A stretch of 64,000 bases of DNA from an uncultured Acidobacteriota bacterium (GTDB lineage: Bacteria; Acidobacteriota; Vicinamibacteria; Vicinamibacterales; UBA2999). The translations under genes were made by a program, and so were the position numbers. The number at the start of each line of letters is the position of its first letter. Position 1 is the first letter of the stretch. The DNA lies in NCBI GenBank assembly GCA_963707825.1, contig CAVPRP010000009.1:154602-218601 (forward strand). The letters run 5' to 3'. The notes below the pieces were generated by a model. That model saw only the letters and a program-made list of their open reading frames with translations. It did not search any database and was not told the DNA's origin. Below, piece after piece: positions 47,391-57,639 of the stretch.

Positions 47391-48480
47391 TCAGTCCCCC
47401 GGAGGACGCCGGTCGAGCGGCTTCAGCGACACCGTGAAGCTGACCGGCACCCGCGCCGGGTTGAAGCACACCCGATCGTCGCAGGCCTGGTACTCCAACG
47501 CGCCGGTGATGGTCACCGACGACATCGCGGCCAGCTGCTTTTGCGCCTCGGGCGTGGCCAGCAGCGTGACCTCGCGGGTGAGGCGGAACGGCTTCGCATA
47601 GACCTCCACGCGCTCGTCCAGCGGCTTGAAGTGATAGATCTCCGACGACGGGTAGGCCGTCGCCTGCGCGCGCAGCCACGGCTGCGGATCGATGGTCAGC
47701 TGCACCACCTGGTAGTCGTGCTTCCCCGGCGCGTACAGATGCATCGTCGGGCGCGGCGTCACGTTGACGACGATCGCCATGCGCGAGCCTGGCGCGGCCA
47801 CGCTGTCGCTGATGGACGCGGTGAGCGACAGGTGCGGGGTGCTGGCCGTCATCGGCGCCGGCCGGAAGATCCACGCCCTGAGCGGCGAGGATGGTCGCCG
47901 GTGGTGAAGCGCTCCTGGTATGCCTGCTCGAAGAAGCGTGCGACGACCACGCCCTGGCGATCGACGATGAACGTGCCCGGGTGCGGCACGCCGTAGAACC
48001 GGGACTTCGGGTCCATGGTCTCGTTGAGCAGCCCGTAGCGCTTGATGATCGCGGACCCCGGGTCGGAGATCAGCGGGAACGTGATCCCGCGCGAGGCGGC
48101 GAAGGCCTTCAGCGTGTCGGGCGCGTCGTAGCTGATGGCGACGAGGGTCAGCCCCTGCTTCCGGATGTCGTCATACCGGCTTTGCAGCTCCACGAGCTGC
48201 GTCTTGCAGTACGGTCACCAGTCCGACGGAACGGAAGAAGACGAGCATGGCGCCTTTGGCGCCGAGCGACGACTGGAGGGTATGGGCGACGCCGAACTGG
48301 TCGGTGCCGGAGAACGGCAGGCACCGCGGCACCGACCTGCGGGCCGATCGTCGAGGTGTCTACCTGGGCCGGCTGCTGCCGTGCGCCGGGGACCGCAACG
48401 CACACCGAGACCGCGAGCGCCGCGGCGAGGACCAGAGGTCGCAACACGAGTGATGCCTTTCTCCACCGCGGACAGGGCAT
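47391..48480 (-). pseudogene. Secreted AhpC/TSA-redoxin-fold protein fused to a DsbC/DsbD-N-terminal-like domain; about 4 frame changes plus an in-frame TGA at the first position of the xPYC active-site motif
   Basis: Signal peptide MPCPRWRKASLVLRPLVLAAALAVSV. Redoxin block AMLVFFRS(x)DW-TGA-PYCKTQLVELQSRYDDIRKQGLTLVAISYD. C-terminal domain PHLSLTASISDS...ALEYQACDDRVCF. Confidence 0.65.
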
Positions 48481-48512
48481 CCGGCCGCGACTGTCGATGA
48501 GATGCCGGTAGA

Positions 48513-48541
48513 GCGCCGGCGGTGTCCGTCACCGCCGGCGC
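48513..48541 (-). terminator. Hairpin after LVIVD paralog A
   Basis: GCGCCGGCGGTG (48513-48524) pairs with CACCGCCGGCGC (48530-48541) around a 5-nt loop, 7 nt downstream of the stop at 48548. Confidence 0.5.
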
Positions 48542-48547
48542 CACGGT

Positions 48548-50425
48548 TCAGCGCAGCTGCGCGGCGCGCCCCTTGAGCGTCTCGGCCATCGCGCGCATGC
48601 GCGACTGATCGCGCCCGGTGGCAGTCGCCGCGTCGCGCTCGAGCTCACCGGCCAGGGTCACCAGTTCGGCCGCGGCCGGGGCCGCGCCGCGGTCGCTGCT
48701 GCGAATGCGATCGGCGCGGTCCAGCGTCGACGAAATGGCGCTCGCCCGGGCGTCCGGGATCGCCTTGCTGCGCTTCAGCTGATCGAGATAGGCGCGGGCC
48801 ACGACCACCGACGAAGGCCAGGTGACCTTCGGCTGCTGCTGCGAGTTGAACTCCTCCCACCGCACCAGCGCCGCGGCGTCGAGCTCGTTCTGCGACAGGT
48901 ACTGGCTCGGCAGCAGGCGGAAGATGTCGATGCCGCGGGCAATCTCGGCGCCGTAGAGGAAGCCGTTGTAGTAGTAGGTGGACCAGTAGCCGCCCGACAT
49001 CAGGTTGGCAGCGTCCACCGGTCCGCGATCGAAGATACGCGATCTCAACCGGGTTCGCCGAATCGGTGAAGTCGAAGATCGACACGCCGCCCTGGTACCA
49101 CGACTGCACCATGATGTCGCGCCCCGGCACCGGAATCAGCGAGCCGTTGTGCGCGACGCAGTTCTCCTGGTCGGTCTGCGGCGCCGGCATCTTGTAGTAG
49201 CCCTTGAACTGCAGCTTCTTGTCGACGATGTCGAAGATCGCGTCGGCGCCCCAGGTGATGGGATCGGTGGCGCGGCAGCGCGGCCGCGCGCCGCCGCCCC
49301 ACTCGTCGGTGAACACCACCTTGGTGCCGTCGTTGTTGAACGTCGCCGAGTGCCAGTACGCAGAAGCCCTTGTCGACGACGTGGTCGAGCCGCTTCGGGT
49401 TCATCGGGTCGGAGATGTCCATCAGCAGGCCGTTGCCCGAGCAGGCGCCGGCGGCAAGGCCGATGGTCGGGTAGACCGTGATGTCGTGGCACTGGTTGGT
49501 CATGCGCGAGGTCTGCGTGCCCTCGCCGTGGTTGCCGCCCTGCCACAGGCCCGCGAGGTTACCGGTCTTCTCGTCCATGAAGATGCGGGGACGGTTGACG
49601 ATCTTCGCGTTCTGGGGCGCGCCGAGCGGCACCTCGATCACGTCGATGCTGAAGAGCGCGGTGTTCGGATCCTCTTTCGGGTCGAGGCCCGAGCAGCCCT
49701 CGAGCTCCTCGCCCGGACGCACCGAGCTGGTGCCGGACCCATAGACGAACAGGTGCGACGGGTTCTTCGGATCGGGCACCAGCGTGTGGGTGTGCGAGCC
49801 GCGGCACGTCTGCACGGCCGCCACCTGGCGCGGCTTGCGGAGGTCGCTGATGTCGAAGATGCGGACGCCGCGGAAGCGATCCTTGCTGACCGTCTCGGTC
49901 ACGCCCTGCAGGCCGCAGTCGAGGCGCCCGCGCGTCTGTTCCACCGACATGAACAGCAGGTTGCCCCACACCGAGACGTCACCCTGCCCGCCGGGGCAGA
50001 CGATCGAGGTCATCAGGCGCGGTTTGCGGACGTTCTCGACGTCGTAGATGTTGAAGCCGTGATAGTTGCCGACCACCACGTGAGTGCCGAAGAAGGCGAG
50101 GTCGGAGTTCGTGAAGCCCGAGCCGCGCGGCGGCGGAGGGGGCGGCGTGCCTGGCTCCGGCGTGGGCTCGGGGGGCGCGCCCGGCGCGCGCTCGGGCGGC
50201 GTCGGCGACCCGGCCGGGGCTTCCGGATCGAAGAACCCCTCGGGCTTCGGCATGTTCGCCAGCAACTCCATGTTCATGCGCCGCAGTGCCCGCGTCGCGG
50301 AGCCCGGCCTTGAGGCCGATGCGGGGATCCTTGGGGTTCGGCGGCGCCTGCTGGGCGCTCGTCAATCCGACGACCGAGGCCACACCCACACTGATCGCAA
50401 AGATGGTGAAACGGTTGAGCTTCAT
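48548..50425 (-). pseudogene. LVIVD-repeat beta-propeller protein, paralog A; three frame changes (~50280, ~49362, ~49036)
   Basis: AGGAGA RBS and ATG 50425 (MKLNRFTIFAISVGVASVVGLTSAQQ). Collinear with the intact paralog at 57640-59583, for example GGQGDVSVWGNLLFMSVEQTRGR and FKGYYKMPAPQTDQENCVAHNGSLIP. Confidence 0.75.
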
Positions 50426-50467
50426 CGATCGGTCTCCTGAAACGAGTCGGGCGGATTGTACTCTGGT

Positions 50468-50674
50468 GGGCTTGAGGCTTGGGGCTTGGGGCTTGGGGCT
50501 TGGGGCTTGGGGCTTAGGACGTCTTGGGGCTTGGGGTCTTGGGTCTTGGGTCTTGGGTCTTGCGGTCTCCGGCTCCGGTCCCCGTCTGCCGTCTGCCGTG
50601 CTCTGCCTTTTGCCTTTTGCCTTTTGCCATCTGCCATCGGGTACCGGATCCCGGATACCGGATGCCGGATCCCG
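50468..50674 (-). repeat. Heptanucleotide tandem-repeat mosaic, locus 4 (about seven unit types)
   Basis: Plus strand reads GGCTTGG x7, GGTCTTG x4, CGGTCTC/CGGCTCC, GTCTGCC x2, CTTTTGC x3, CATCTGC x2 and CCGGAT[CAG] x4. Confidence 0.9.
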
Positions 50675-50675
50675 G

Positions 50676-51335
50676 TCAGTAGGTTTTTCCCCGCTGCCTT
50701 GCGATGTCGAACTTCGCGGTGTCGGCAATCGCCATCACCGCCATGACGCCGGCCTGCAGCGGGTCGGTGACGACCAGGTCTGCGGCTTCGCGCACGCTGC
50801 CGACCATGTTCAGCGAGATGACGAGCAGCCCCTGCCGCCGGATTTCGCGCACCGCCTCGGCGATCTCGCCGCCCATGATCGCGCCGGCCAGCACCAGGAT
50901 CTTCGCGCGCGGCAGGCGGGCCACCGCATGGACCGCCGCGGCCAGGGCCTGTTCGCCCACCAGCGGAATCGTGTCCACCGAGATCCGCTCGCCGCGGATG
51001 TTGTGCCGATCGGCTTCGCTGATCGCGCCCACCGCCACCTGCCCCACCTGCGCGCCACCGCCGATGATGATCACGCGCTTGCCGTAGATGGACAGCAGCG
51101 ACGGCTCGAGCGTCACCCGGTGCACCAGCGGCAGCGCGGTGAGGTCGCGCACCAGCGCCCCGAGATCGGCGCCGTCGCCGACCTCGATGGTCATCGTGGC
51201 GCGGCCGCCGGCAGCCGTCAGCGTCTGGATGCCCGAGATGTTCGCGTCGTGCGCGGCGAACACCGCCGCCACTCGCGACAGCACGCCGGGCACATCGTCG
51301 GCTTCGAGCAGCAGCGTGCGCGCCGGATCGGGCAT
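50676..51335 (-). CDS. ACT-domain protein with a C-terminal glycine-rich Rossmann-like domain, function unknown
   Basis: Start trimmed to ATG 51335 (MPDPARTLLLEADDVPGVLSRVAAVFAAHDANISG = ACT). C-terminal GKRVIIIGGGAQVGQVAVGA...LVLAGAIMGGEI. Confidence 0.6.
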   Translation of the reverse strand: MPDPARTLLLEADDVPGVLSRVAAVFAAHDANISGIQTLTAAGGRATMTIEVGDGADLGALVRDLTALPLVHRVTLEPSLLSIYGKRVIIIGGGAQVGQVAVGAISEADRHNIRGERISVDTIPLVGEQALAAAVHAVARLPRAKILVLAGAIMGGEIAEAVREIRRQGLLVISLNMVGSVREAADLVVTDPLQAGVMAVMAIADTAKFDIARQRGKTY

Positions 51336-51337
51336 GG

Positions 51338-51770
51338 TCACTCGGTGATGACGAAGGCGGAGAGGCCCGATTCGGCGATCGGCTTGCCGTCGCGCTGCGC
51401 GGTCACCGCCCAGAAGTAGGTGCCGAACGGCAGGTCCAGCCCCTCCGGCCATGCCAGCGTCGTGGCCGTGAGCCCCGACTGCTCGAACACCTTCACGTCG
51501 ACTTCGTTCCACACGTGCAGCGTGTAGCCTTCGACGTTCTTGACCGCGGTCCACGTGAAGCGGGCCGGCCGCGGGCCCACCGAATCGCGACGGGGCTCCA
51601 GGTGATCGATGTCCTGTGGCTTGGCTTGTGCCGCTGCTGGCCGCTCCGCTTTCCGCGACGGGGTTCGGCGCGGCGCCGCAGGCCACGGCCATCGAGACGC
51701 ACAGGATGGCGGCCCACCAGGAGCCGTGGCACTTCGCCGGAGACACCGAGAGTCCACGAGTGATCACCAA
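51338..51770 (-). pseudogene. Small lipoprotein with an FN3-like C-terminal domain; one frame change near 51620-51690
   Basis: Lipobox AILCVSMAVACG is in one frame. KPQDIDHLEP...FTWTAVKNVEGYTLHVWNE...GTYFWAVTA is in another. The stop lies 2 nt before the next gene's start. The start (GTG 51770 or TTG 51773) is tentative. Confidence 0.45.
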
Positions 51771-51811
51771 CAAAGCTTAGCACCTGCGGAGGCTCTGGTA
51801 GACTGCCGCGC

Positions 51812-52720
51812 ATGAGAACCGGCGTCCTTGCTCTGATCCTGCTGCTTGCCTCGCACGCTCCCGCTTTTGCCACGTGGTCGGTCATCGCGCTCGACGCCCG
51901 CACCGGCCAGGTGATCATCGCCTCGGCGACCTGCGTCCGCCAGAGCGGCTTTCCGGAACGAAAGCCGAATGGCGCGCGCGACCTGATGGACGTGCAGGCG
52001 GTGATCGTCCCCGGCGTCGGTGTGGCCGCCTGTCAGTCGGGGGTGGACAACACGCGTGACAATCAGATGCTCGTCTACAACGAATTGAAGAAGGGCACGC
52101 CGCCGCCGCAGATCCTCGAACTGCTGAAGGAGCAGGAGGCCGCGCGCAAGCCCGAGAACCAGATGGAACGGCGCCAGTTCGGCATCCTCGCCATGCCGAA
52201 CGGCGGCACCATCACCGCGCGCAACAACCGCGCCGGCTTCAACGGGACCGGCAACTCGCAGTCGTCGCTCTACTTCGGCGGCCAGGTCGGTCCGGACATC
52301 TTCTACCAGGTGCAGGGCAATACCCTGCTCGGCGATGCGGTGATGCACCAGGCCGCGTTGGCCTTCACCCGCGCCACCGGCACGCTGGCCGACCGCGTGA
52401 TGGCCGCGATGGAAGCCGCCGACGCCAATGGCGGCGACCATCGCTGCAACTGCGGAGCGAACCCGATGGAGTTCGTCCCCTGCGACAACAAGACCGCGCA
52501 CGTCGCCTACATCGCCATCGCCGAGAAGACCGATCAGCCCGGCGTGACGCACAACGATGGGAAGTACTACGCCTACATCAGCGTGACCGACGACAACATC
52601 AAGGCGGGCGAGAGCGGCAATCCGGTGAAGACGCTGCGGCTTCGTTACAACACCTGGGTGCGCTCGGGCTCGCCGCGCCTGCCAGAGCCAGGAGCAACGC
52701 TCTACCAGCCGAAGAGCTGA
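51812..52720 (+). CDS. Secreted DUF1028-family (Ntn-hydrolase-fold) protein
   Basis: Signal peptide ends ...APAFA, followed by TWSVIALDARTGQVIIASATC, which matches the DUF1028 N-terminal T(F/W)S(I/V)(V/I)A.D pattern. Confidence 0.7.
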   Translation: MRTGVLALILLLASHAPAFATWSVIALDARTGQVIIASATCVRQSGFPERKPNGARDLMDVQAVIVPGVGVAACQSGVDNTRDNQMLVYNELKKGTPPPQILELLKEQEAARKPENQMERRQFGILAMPNGGTITARNNRAGFNGTGNSQSSLYFGGQVGPDIFYQVQGNTLLGDAVMHQAALAFTRATGTLADRVMAAMEAADANGGDHRCNCGANPMEFVPCDNKTAHVAYIAIAEKTDQPGVTHNDGKYYAYISVTDDNIKAGESGNPVKTLRLRYNTWVRSGSPRLPEPGATLYQPKS

Positions 52721-52728
52721 GGAACCCA

Positions 52729-52965
52729 ATGACCACCACCTCATTCGCCGTCACCGGCATGACCTGCGGCAACTGTGAACGTCACGTGCGCCAGGCCGCC
52801 GAAAAGGTGACCGGAGTCGCCAGCGTGGTCGTCGATCGGCCGGGCAATCGCGCCACCGTGTCGTTCGACCCGGCGCAGACATCGCCGGAGGCCATCGCCG
52901 CCGCCATCACCGCCGCCGGGTACGACACCACCGTGTCGAGCGGCGGCGCCAGCGGCAGCTGGTGA
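52729..52965 (+). CDS. copZ: Heavy-metal-associated (HMA) domain metallochaperone
   Basis: GMTCGNCERHV metal-binding motif in a 78-aa ferredoxin-like-fold-sized ORF. Confidence 0.85.
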   Translation: MTTTSFAVTGMTCGNCERHVRQAAEKVTGVASVVVDRPGNRATVSFDPAQTSPEAIAAAITAAGYDTTVSSGGASGSW

Positions 52966-52975
52966 ACGGCTCGCG

Positions 52976-54221
52976 ATGCGACCGGTCGATCTCAGCCCGA
53001 TCAGCGCCGACGAGCAGATTCAGCGGCCGTTCGACCTCTTCCTCATCTTCGTTGGCGCGAACATCGTCGCCACCACGCTGCAGGTGGGCGCCAGCCTGCC
53101 GGCGACCTTCTCGCTGTCGGCCGCCGTGACGGTGATTGCCGTGGGCGCCGTCGGCGGGGCGCTCTTGACCGCCGCGCTGGCGCCGATCGGGACGCGGCTG
53201 CGCGTGCCGTCCATCGTCGCCGTCGAGGGCGGCGCTGGGGTTGTCGGGCGCGCAGACGCTGGCGCTGCTGCTGTTCGTCACGAACTTCGCGTGGATTGCG
53301 CTCAACAACGTGATTGCCGCCTCGATCACGGCACGGTTGACGAACCTCGGCACGCCTGCGGCGTGGGCCGTCGGGCTCGGCCTCGCGGCCACGCTGATCG
53401 TGCTCGGCGGCCCGCGGGCCGCGGCGCTCGTCGATCGCGTCGCCGTGCCGATCCTGCTGCTCTCGGGCGCGGTGTTCACCGTGGCCTGCTGGCGCGCACC
53501 CACGCCGTCGTGGCCGGACGGCCCGGTGCCACCGGCCGACATCGTGCGAGGCCTCGACATCGTGGCCGGGTATCAGGTGTCGTGGCTACTGATGTTCGCC
53601 GACTATCCCCGATACGTGCGTTCGGCCCGCGCCGCGGGCGTCGCGGTGTTCGCCGGGCTCGCGCTGACCGCCTTGTGGTTCATGCCGCTCGGGCTGATCG
53701 CCGCGGCGCTGGCGCACTCGGCAGATCCGGGCGACATGGTGTTTTCGCTGGGCCTCGGCTGGTGGGGCGCGACGCTGCTGGCGCTGGCGGCGCTCACCAC
53801 GAACTTCGTCAACATCTACATGTCCGCGCTGGCGCTGAAGAGCCTGCGGCCGGCGCTCGGCGACAGCGTGGTGATCTGGCTGATCGGCGGCATCGGTGCC
53901 GCGCTCGGGCTGATGTCCAGCGCCTGGCTCGAGCAGTTCGCGTCGTTCACCCTGGTCCTGGCCGGGTCGCTGGTGCCCATTGGCGGCATCCTGCTCGCCC
54001 ACTACTTCGTGCTGCGGCGCCCCGTGAACGTGGCGGACCTGTACGACAAGTCCGGCCCCTACGCCACGCATCGCGGCTGGTCCATCGCCGGCGTCTCGGC
54101 GTGGGTCGTGGGCGCGGGGGTGTTCTACGCCGCAGGGAGCATCGGGGCGACGCTGCCCAGCCTCGCCGCGTCGATCCTCGTGTACGCCGCGATCACCCGG
54201 CTGCTCGAACGCAGGCGCTAG
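52976..54221 (+). pseudogene. NCS1-family (purine-cytosine / CytX-like) permease; one frame change near 53225
   Basis: N-terminal FDLFLIFVGANIVATTLQVGA is in one frame. The remaining roughly 10 TM helices (NFAWIALNNVIAA, YPRYVRS, NFVNIYMSALAL) are in another. Confidence 0.6.
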
Positions 54222-55475
54222 CGCAGCAGGCGATCGAGCGCGTCGGCGGCGCTGGAGGCACCCCGCTCCGCCGCGACCACCGCCCCCACCTCGCGGGCGC
54301 GCGCGGCAAAGTGCTCGTCAACCAGCAGGGCGCCGAGCGCCCGCTCGACCGCCGGCACCGTGTAGCGCGTTGGATACACCGTGCGAGAGATGCCCAGCCG
54401 CTCCACCCGATGCGCGTTATCCGGCTGATCGTGCGCGTGCGGCACCACCAGCGTGGGCCGGCCCGCGCAGCAGGGCCTGGTGCAGCGTGCCGGCGCCGCC
54501 CTGGTGAACAATCGCCGCCGCCCGCGGGAACAGCGTCGCGTGCGGCGCATAGTCCACCGCCAGCACGTCCGGCCCGGTGGCGCGCGGGCGATTGCGGGCA
54601 TGGCGACCGACCAGCAGCACCGCCCTTCGCGAGAGGCGGCGGGCCGCTTCGGCGCTGACGTCGTAGAACGATCCCGCGGCCTCGACCGCCGACGTGCCCA
54701 GCGTGAACACGATTGGCGGGTCGCCTTCAGCGAGGAAACGTTCGAGTTCCGCTGAGGCCTCTGGTGTGGCGGCGCCGTTGAACAGAATCGCGCCCGCCAC
54801 CACGGTGTGCGCGGGCCAGTCGGGCTGCGGGTCGGCCAGCACGCGCGAGAACAGCGCCAGGACCAGCTGCGGCGAGTGCTGCCCTGCCAGCACCGGATTC
54901 GGACCTTCGGCCAGGCCCAGGGCGACGCGGAAACGCTGCACCGGCGCCACCCATCGCCGCGTGATGCGATCCGACAGCCAGCCAAAGGCGCGGCTTGCCG
55001 CCCGCGATCGCACCAGCAGCGGGTGCAGCCACGGCGCGGGCGGCGGCACCATCGGATCCGAGACCGAGAAGAAGGAAAGCGGCGCCAGGACCGAGGACGC
55101 CCACGGCAGCTGCCGCTTTTGCGCCAGGATTGGGCCCACCAGCGAGGCCGGGTGCGTCACGATCAGATCGGCGCCTTCCGCGGCCGCGGCGAGATCGTCG
55201 TAGCTCGCCTGCAGCTGCGGCACCAGCAACTCCGTGAAGAGCGTCTCCGGGCCGCGAGCCGAATCCATGATCCGCGCGGTCAGTGCCGCATCGTCGGGGT
55301 CGAGGTCGGGGCGGACGGCCGCGAACGCCAGGCCCTCGCGCTCGACGGACTCGCGGAAGATGCCAGGCATCGCGAGCACCGGATGATGGCCGCGCCGTTG
55401 CAGTTCCAGGCCAAGGCCGATGTAGGGATTGACGTCGCCGAACGATCCGAAAGTCGTGATGACGATGCGCGACAT
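54218..55475 (-). pseudogene. GT-B glycosyltransferase, family 1 MGT/UDP-glycosyltransferase-like; one frame change near 54460
   Basis: N-terminal MSRIVITTFGSFGDVNPYIGLGLELQRRGH. Motif VHQGGAGTLHQAL, then the frame shifts to GRPTLVVPHAHDQPDNA. Confidence 0.7.
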
Positions 55476-55543
55476 GAGGCCAGTACATTACACGGGCCGG
55501 GAGCGTGTGCCCCCGGCCCGGTGGTGCAAAGCGACGTCGCGCG

Positions 55544-56951
55544 TCAGAGCGCCGTGGACAGTGTCGCCGGCTTCAGCGCCGCCGCCACGTTGGTGAGCGC
55601 CTTCTCGAGCGTCTTGCGCGAGGTGCCGATGTTCATGCGCACGTGGTTCTCGCCGCCCTTGCCGTAGCCGGCGCCCTGGTTCATGTGCACCTTGGCGTAC
55701 TTCACCAGCCAGCGCTCGAGCATCTGCTCGGGCTTGAGCATCGGCTCGTTGGCGGGCTTCGACTGGTTGTAGCGCCTCGGCCAGCGCCTTGGTGTTGATC
55801 TTCTCGGCGAGGTCCGTCATGTTGAGCCACATCAAGTAGGTGCCCTGCGCCTTGCTGTAGGTCTTCACCATCGGGATGTTCTTCTTGATGAAGTCCAGCG
55901 CGAACTCGTGGTTGCCGTCCACGTAGTCGACGGCCTGCACCAGCCAGTCCTCGCCCGACGGCGTATACGCGCCCTGGTTGGCGACGATGCCCAGCGTGTT
56001 CAGCTCGGCGCGGTGGTTGACCTTGATGCGGGCAAGGTAGTCCGGGTTGGTCGTATAGAACCAGGCGATCTTGTGAGCGGCCAGGCCGAACGACTTGCTC
56101 GCCGCCTTGAACGTGATGCTGTTGTTCACCACGTCCTTGTTGGACAGGCTCGCAAACGGCGTGTACTTCTGCCCCTTGGTCACCCAGTCGCAGTGGATCT
56201 CGTCAGCCAGCACGACGACGCGGTGCTTCAGGCAGATTTCGCCGATGCGCAGCAGGTCTTCGGCGCTCCAGCAGTTGCCGGTCGGGTTCTGCGGGTTGCA
56301 CAGGATGAACGAGTTGGTGTCGACGCTGATCTGCTTCTCGAACGCCTCGAAGTCCATCTGGAAGGTGCCGTTGACGAGCTTGAGCGGCACTTCCTCGGCG
56401 AGCGTCTGGGTGGCGGTGAGGTCGCCGTAGAAGCCGTTGTACGTCGGCGTCTGCAGCAGCACCTTGGTGCCCTTGGGCGAGAACGTCTTGAGGGTGGCAA
56501 TCAGCCCCGGGTGGACGCCCATCGTGATCACCATCTGCGACGGCTCGAAGGTGACGCCGTAGTGGCGCTTGTTCCAGCTGACGATGTTCTCGGTGAACGA
56601 CGCGGGCAGGTCGAGATAGCCCCAGTTTTCGTGGAGCAGACGCTCCTGCAGAGCCTTGGTGATGGACGGCGCCGCCTTGAAGTCGATATCGGCGATGCCC
56701 ATGCCGACCTCGACGCTGTTGGGACCGTAGATGCGAATCTGCTGGTCGTACTTCACCGAGTTCGTGCCGAACCGGTTGTACGGAGTGTCGAAGTCGTACT
56801 TCCCACCCGCGCCCTGCGCGAGCGCGCCTGTGGACCCCGCGAACGGGGCAGCCGCGAGAGGGGCGCCAGCGCCAGCCGCACCCGCGGCCAGTGCCGTCAA
56901 ACCCGCGTTTCTCAGAAACGATCGTCGGTTCAGGCCTTCGTGCTGTGGCAT
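55544..56951 (-). pseudogene. Tat-signal MalY/PatB-type PLP-dependent C-S lyase (class I/II aminotransferase fold); one frame change near 55770
   Basis: Twin-arginine signal LNRRSFLRNAGLTALAAGAAG. Motifs: NRFGTNSVKYD, ILCNPQNPTGNCW, AASKSFGLA (PLP Lys). The tail MLKPEQMLERWLVKYAKVHMNQGAGYG is in the second frame. Confidence 0.75.
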
Positions 56952-57090
56952 ACGCTGGGGCTCCCTGATGTCTATGACACCCATCTGACGGGGACATACT
57001 ACACCTGCACGTCGCGCATGTAACGAATTGTTGTCAACGGCCGAGCCCGAGAGGCGGGGGGCCGGAGCGAGGGTGGGAAACCGTACAGCA

Positions 57091-57128
57091 CTCTCTCCTT
57101 CGCGCGGGGGGCGGGCGAAGAGAGAGAG
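57091..57128 (-). terminator. Imperfect hairpin downstream of the STAS gene
   Basis: CTCTCTCCTTCGC ... GCGAAGAGAGAGAG are imperfectly complementary. On the minus strand the hairpin is followed by a GTTTCCC stretch. Confidence 0.3.
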
Positions 57129-57168
57129 GCAGGCGCCCCGGAAGCCGGCGCGCCGACGGCCAGCCGCG

Positions 57169-57519
57169 TCAGGCCTGGGCGGGCGTACCGAAGCTGGCGA
57201 TGGCCTCGGCTTCCGTGTCGAAGTTCTCGAACACCGTCACCAGGCGAGTGATGGCCAGCAAGTCCTTGATGCGGTCGGTCGTCTGCGCCAGCTTCACCGT
57301 GCCGCCCGCCTTGCGGACCTTCGAGTAGCACGACACGACGTCGCCAAGGCCGCTGCTGTCCATGTAGTTCATGTGGCCAAGGTTGAGCACGAAGTTCATG
57401 TGGCCTTCGGTCAGCAGCCGCGCCACGCGCTCGGCCAGAATGCCGCCATCAGTCGACGTGAGCCGGCCTACCAGGTCCATCACGACGACGCCTTGCACTT
57501 CTCGGTGATTCAGTTCCAT
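57169..57519 (-). CDS. STAS-domain anti-sigma-factor antagonist (SpoIIAA-like)
   Basis: Start trimmed to ATG 57519 (MELNHREVQGVVVMDLVGRL). Motif MNYMDSSGLGDVV carries the conserved phosphorylatable-Ser context. Confidence 0.8.
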   Translation of the reverse strand: MELNHREVQGVVVMDLVGRLTSTDGGILAERVARLLTEGHMNFVLNLGHMNYMDSSGLGDVVSCYSKVRKAGGTVKLAQTTDRIKDLLAITRLVTVFENFDTEAEAIASFGTPAQA

Positions 57520-57597
57520 AAGGGGCTGACGATAGCAGAGTTTGAAGCGAGCGCTGTTCAAAAACGAACAACGGGCGAAATTCCGAGGAGATTTCCG

Positions 57598-57627
57598 CCC
57601 GTCGGCGCCCAAAGGGGCGCCGACGGG
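57598..57627 (-). terminator. Strong hairpin after LVIVD paralog B
   Basis: CCCGTCGGCGCCC (57598-57610) pairs with GGGCGCCGACGGG (57615-57627) around a 4-nt loop, 13 nt downstream of the stop at 57640. Confidence 0.5.
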
Positions 57628-57639
57628 AAGAGGGCTGAG

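Noticed and set aside
50425-50728. The heptamer arrays at loci 1, 4 and 5 as coding N-terminal extensions. ORFs stay open through them and in frame with the downstream genes.
   Set aside because: The units are T-poor on one strand and A-poor on the other, so stop codons are rare in every frame. The downstream genes at loci 4 and 5 have their own RBS plus ATG and signal peptide after the array. Locus 3 is left open as a finding because it has no alternative canonical start.
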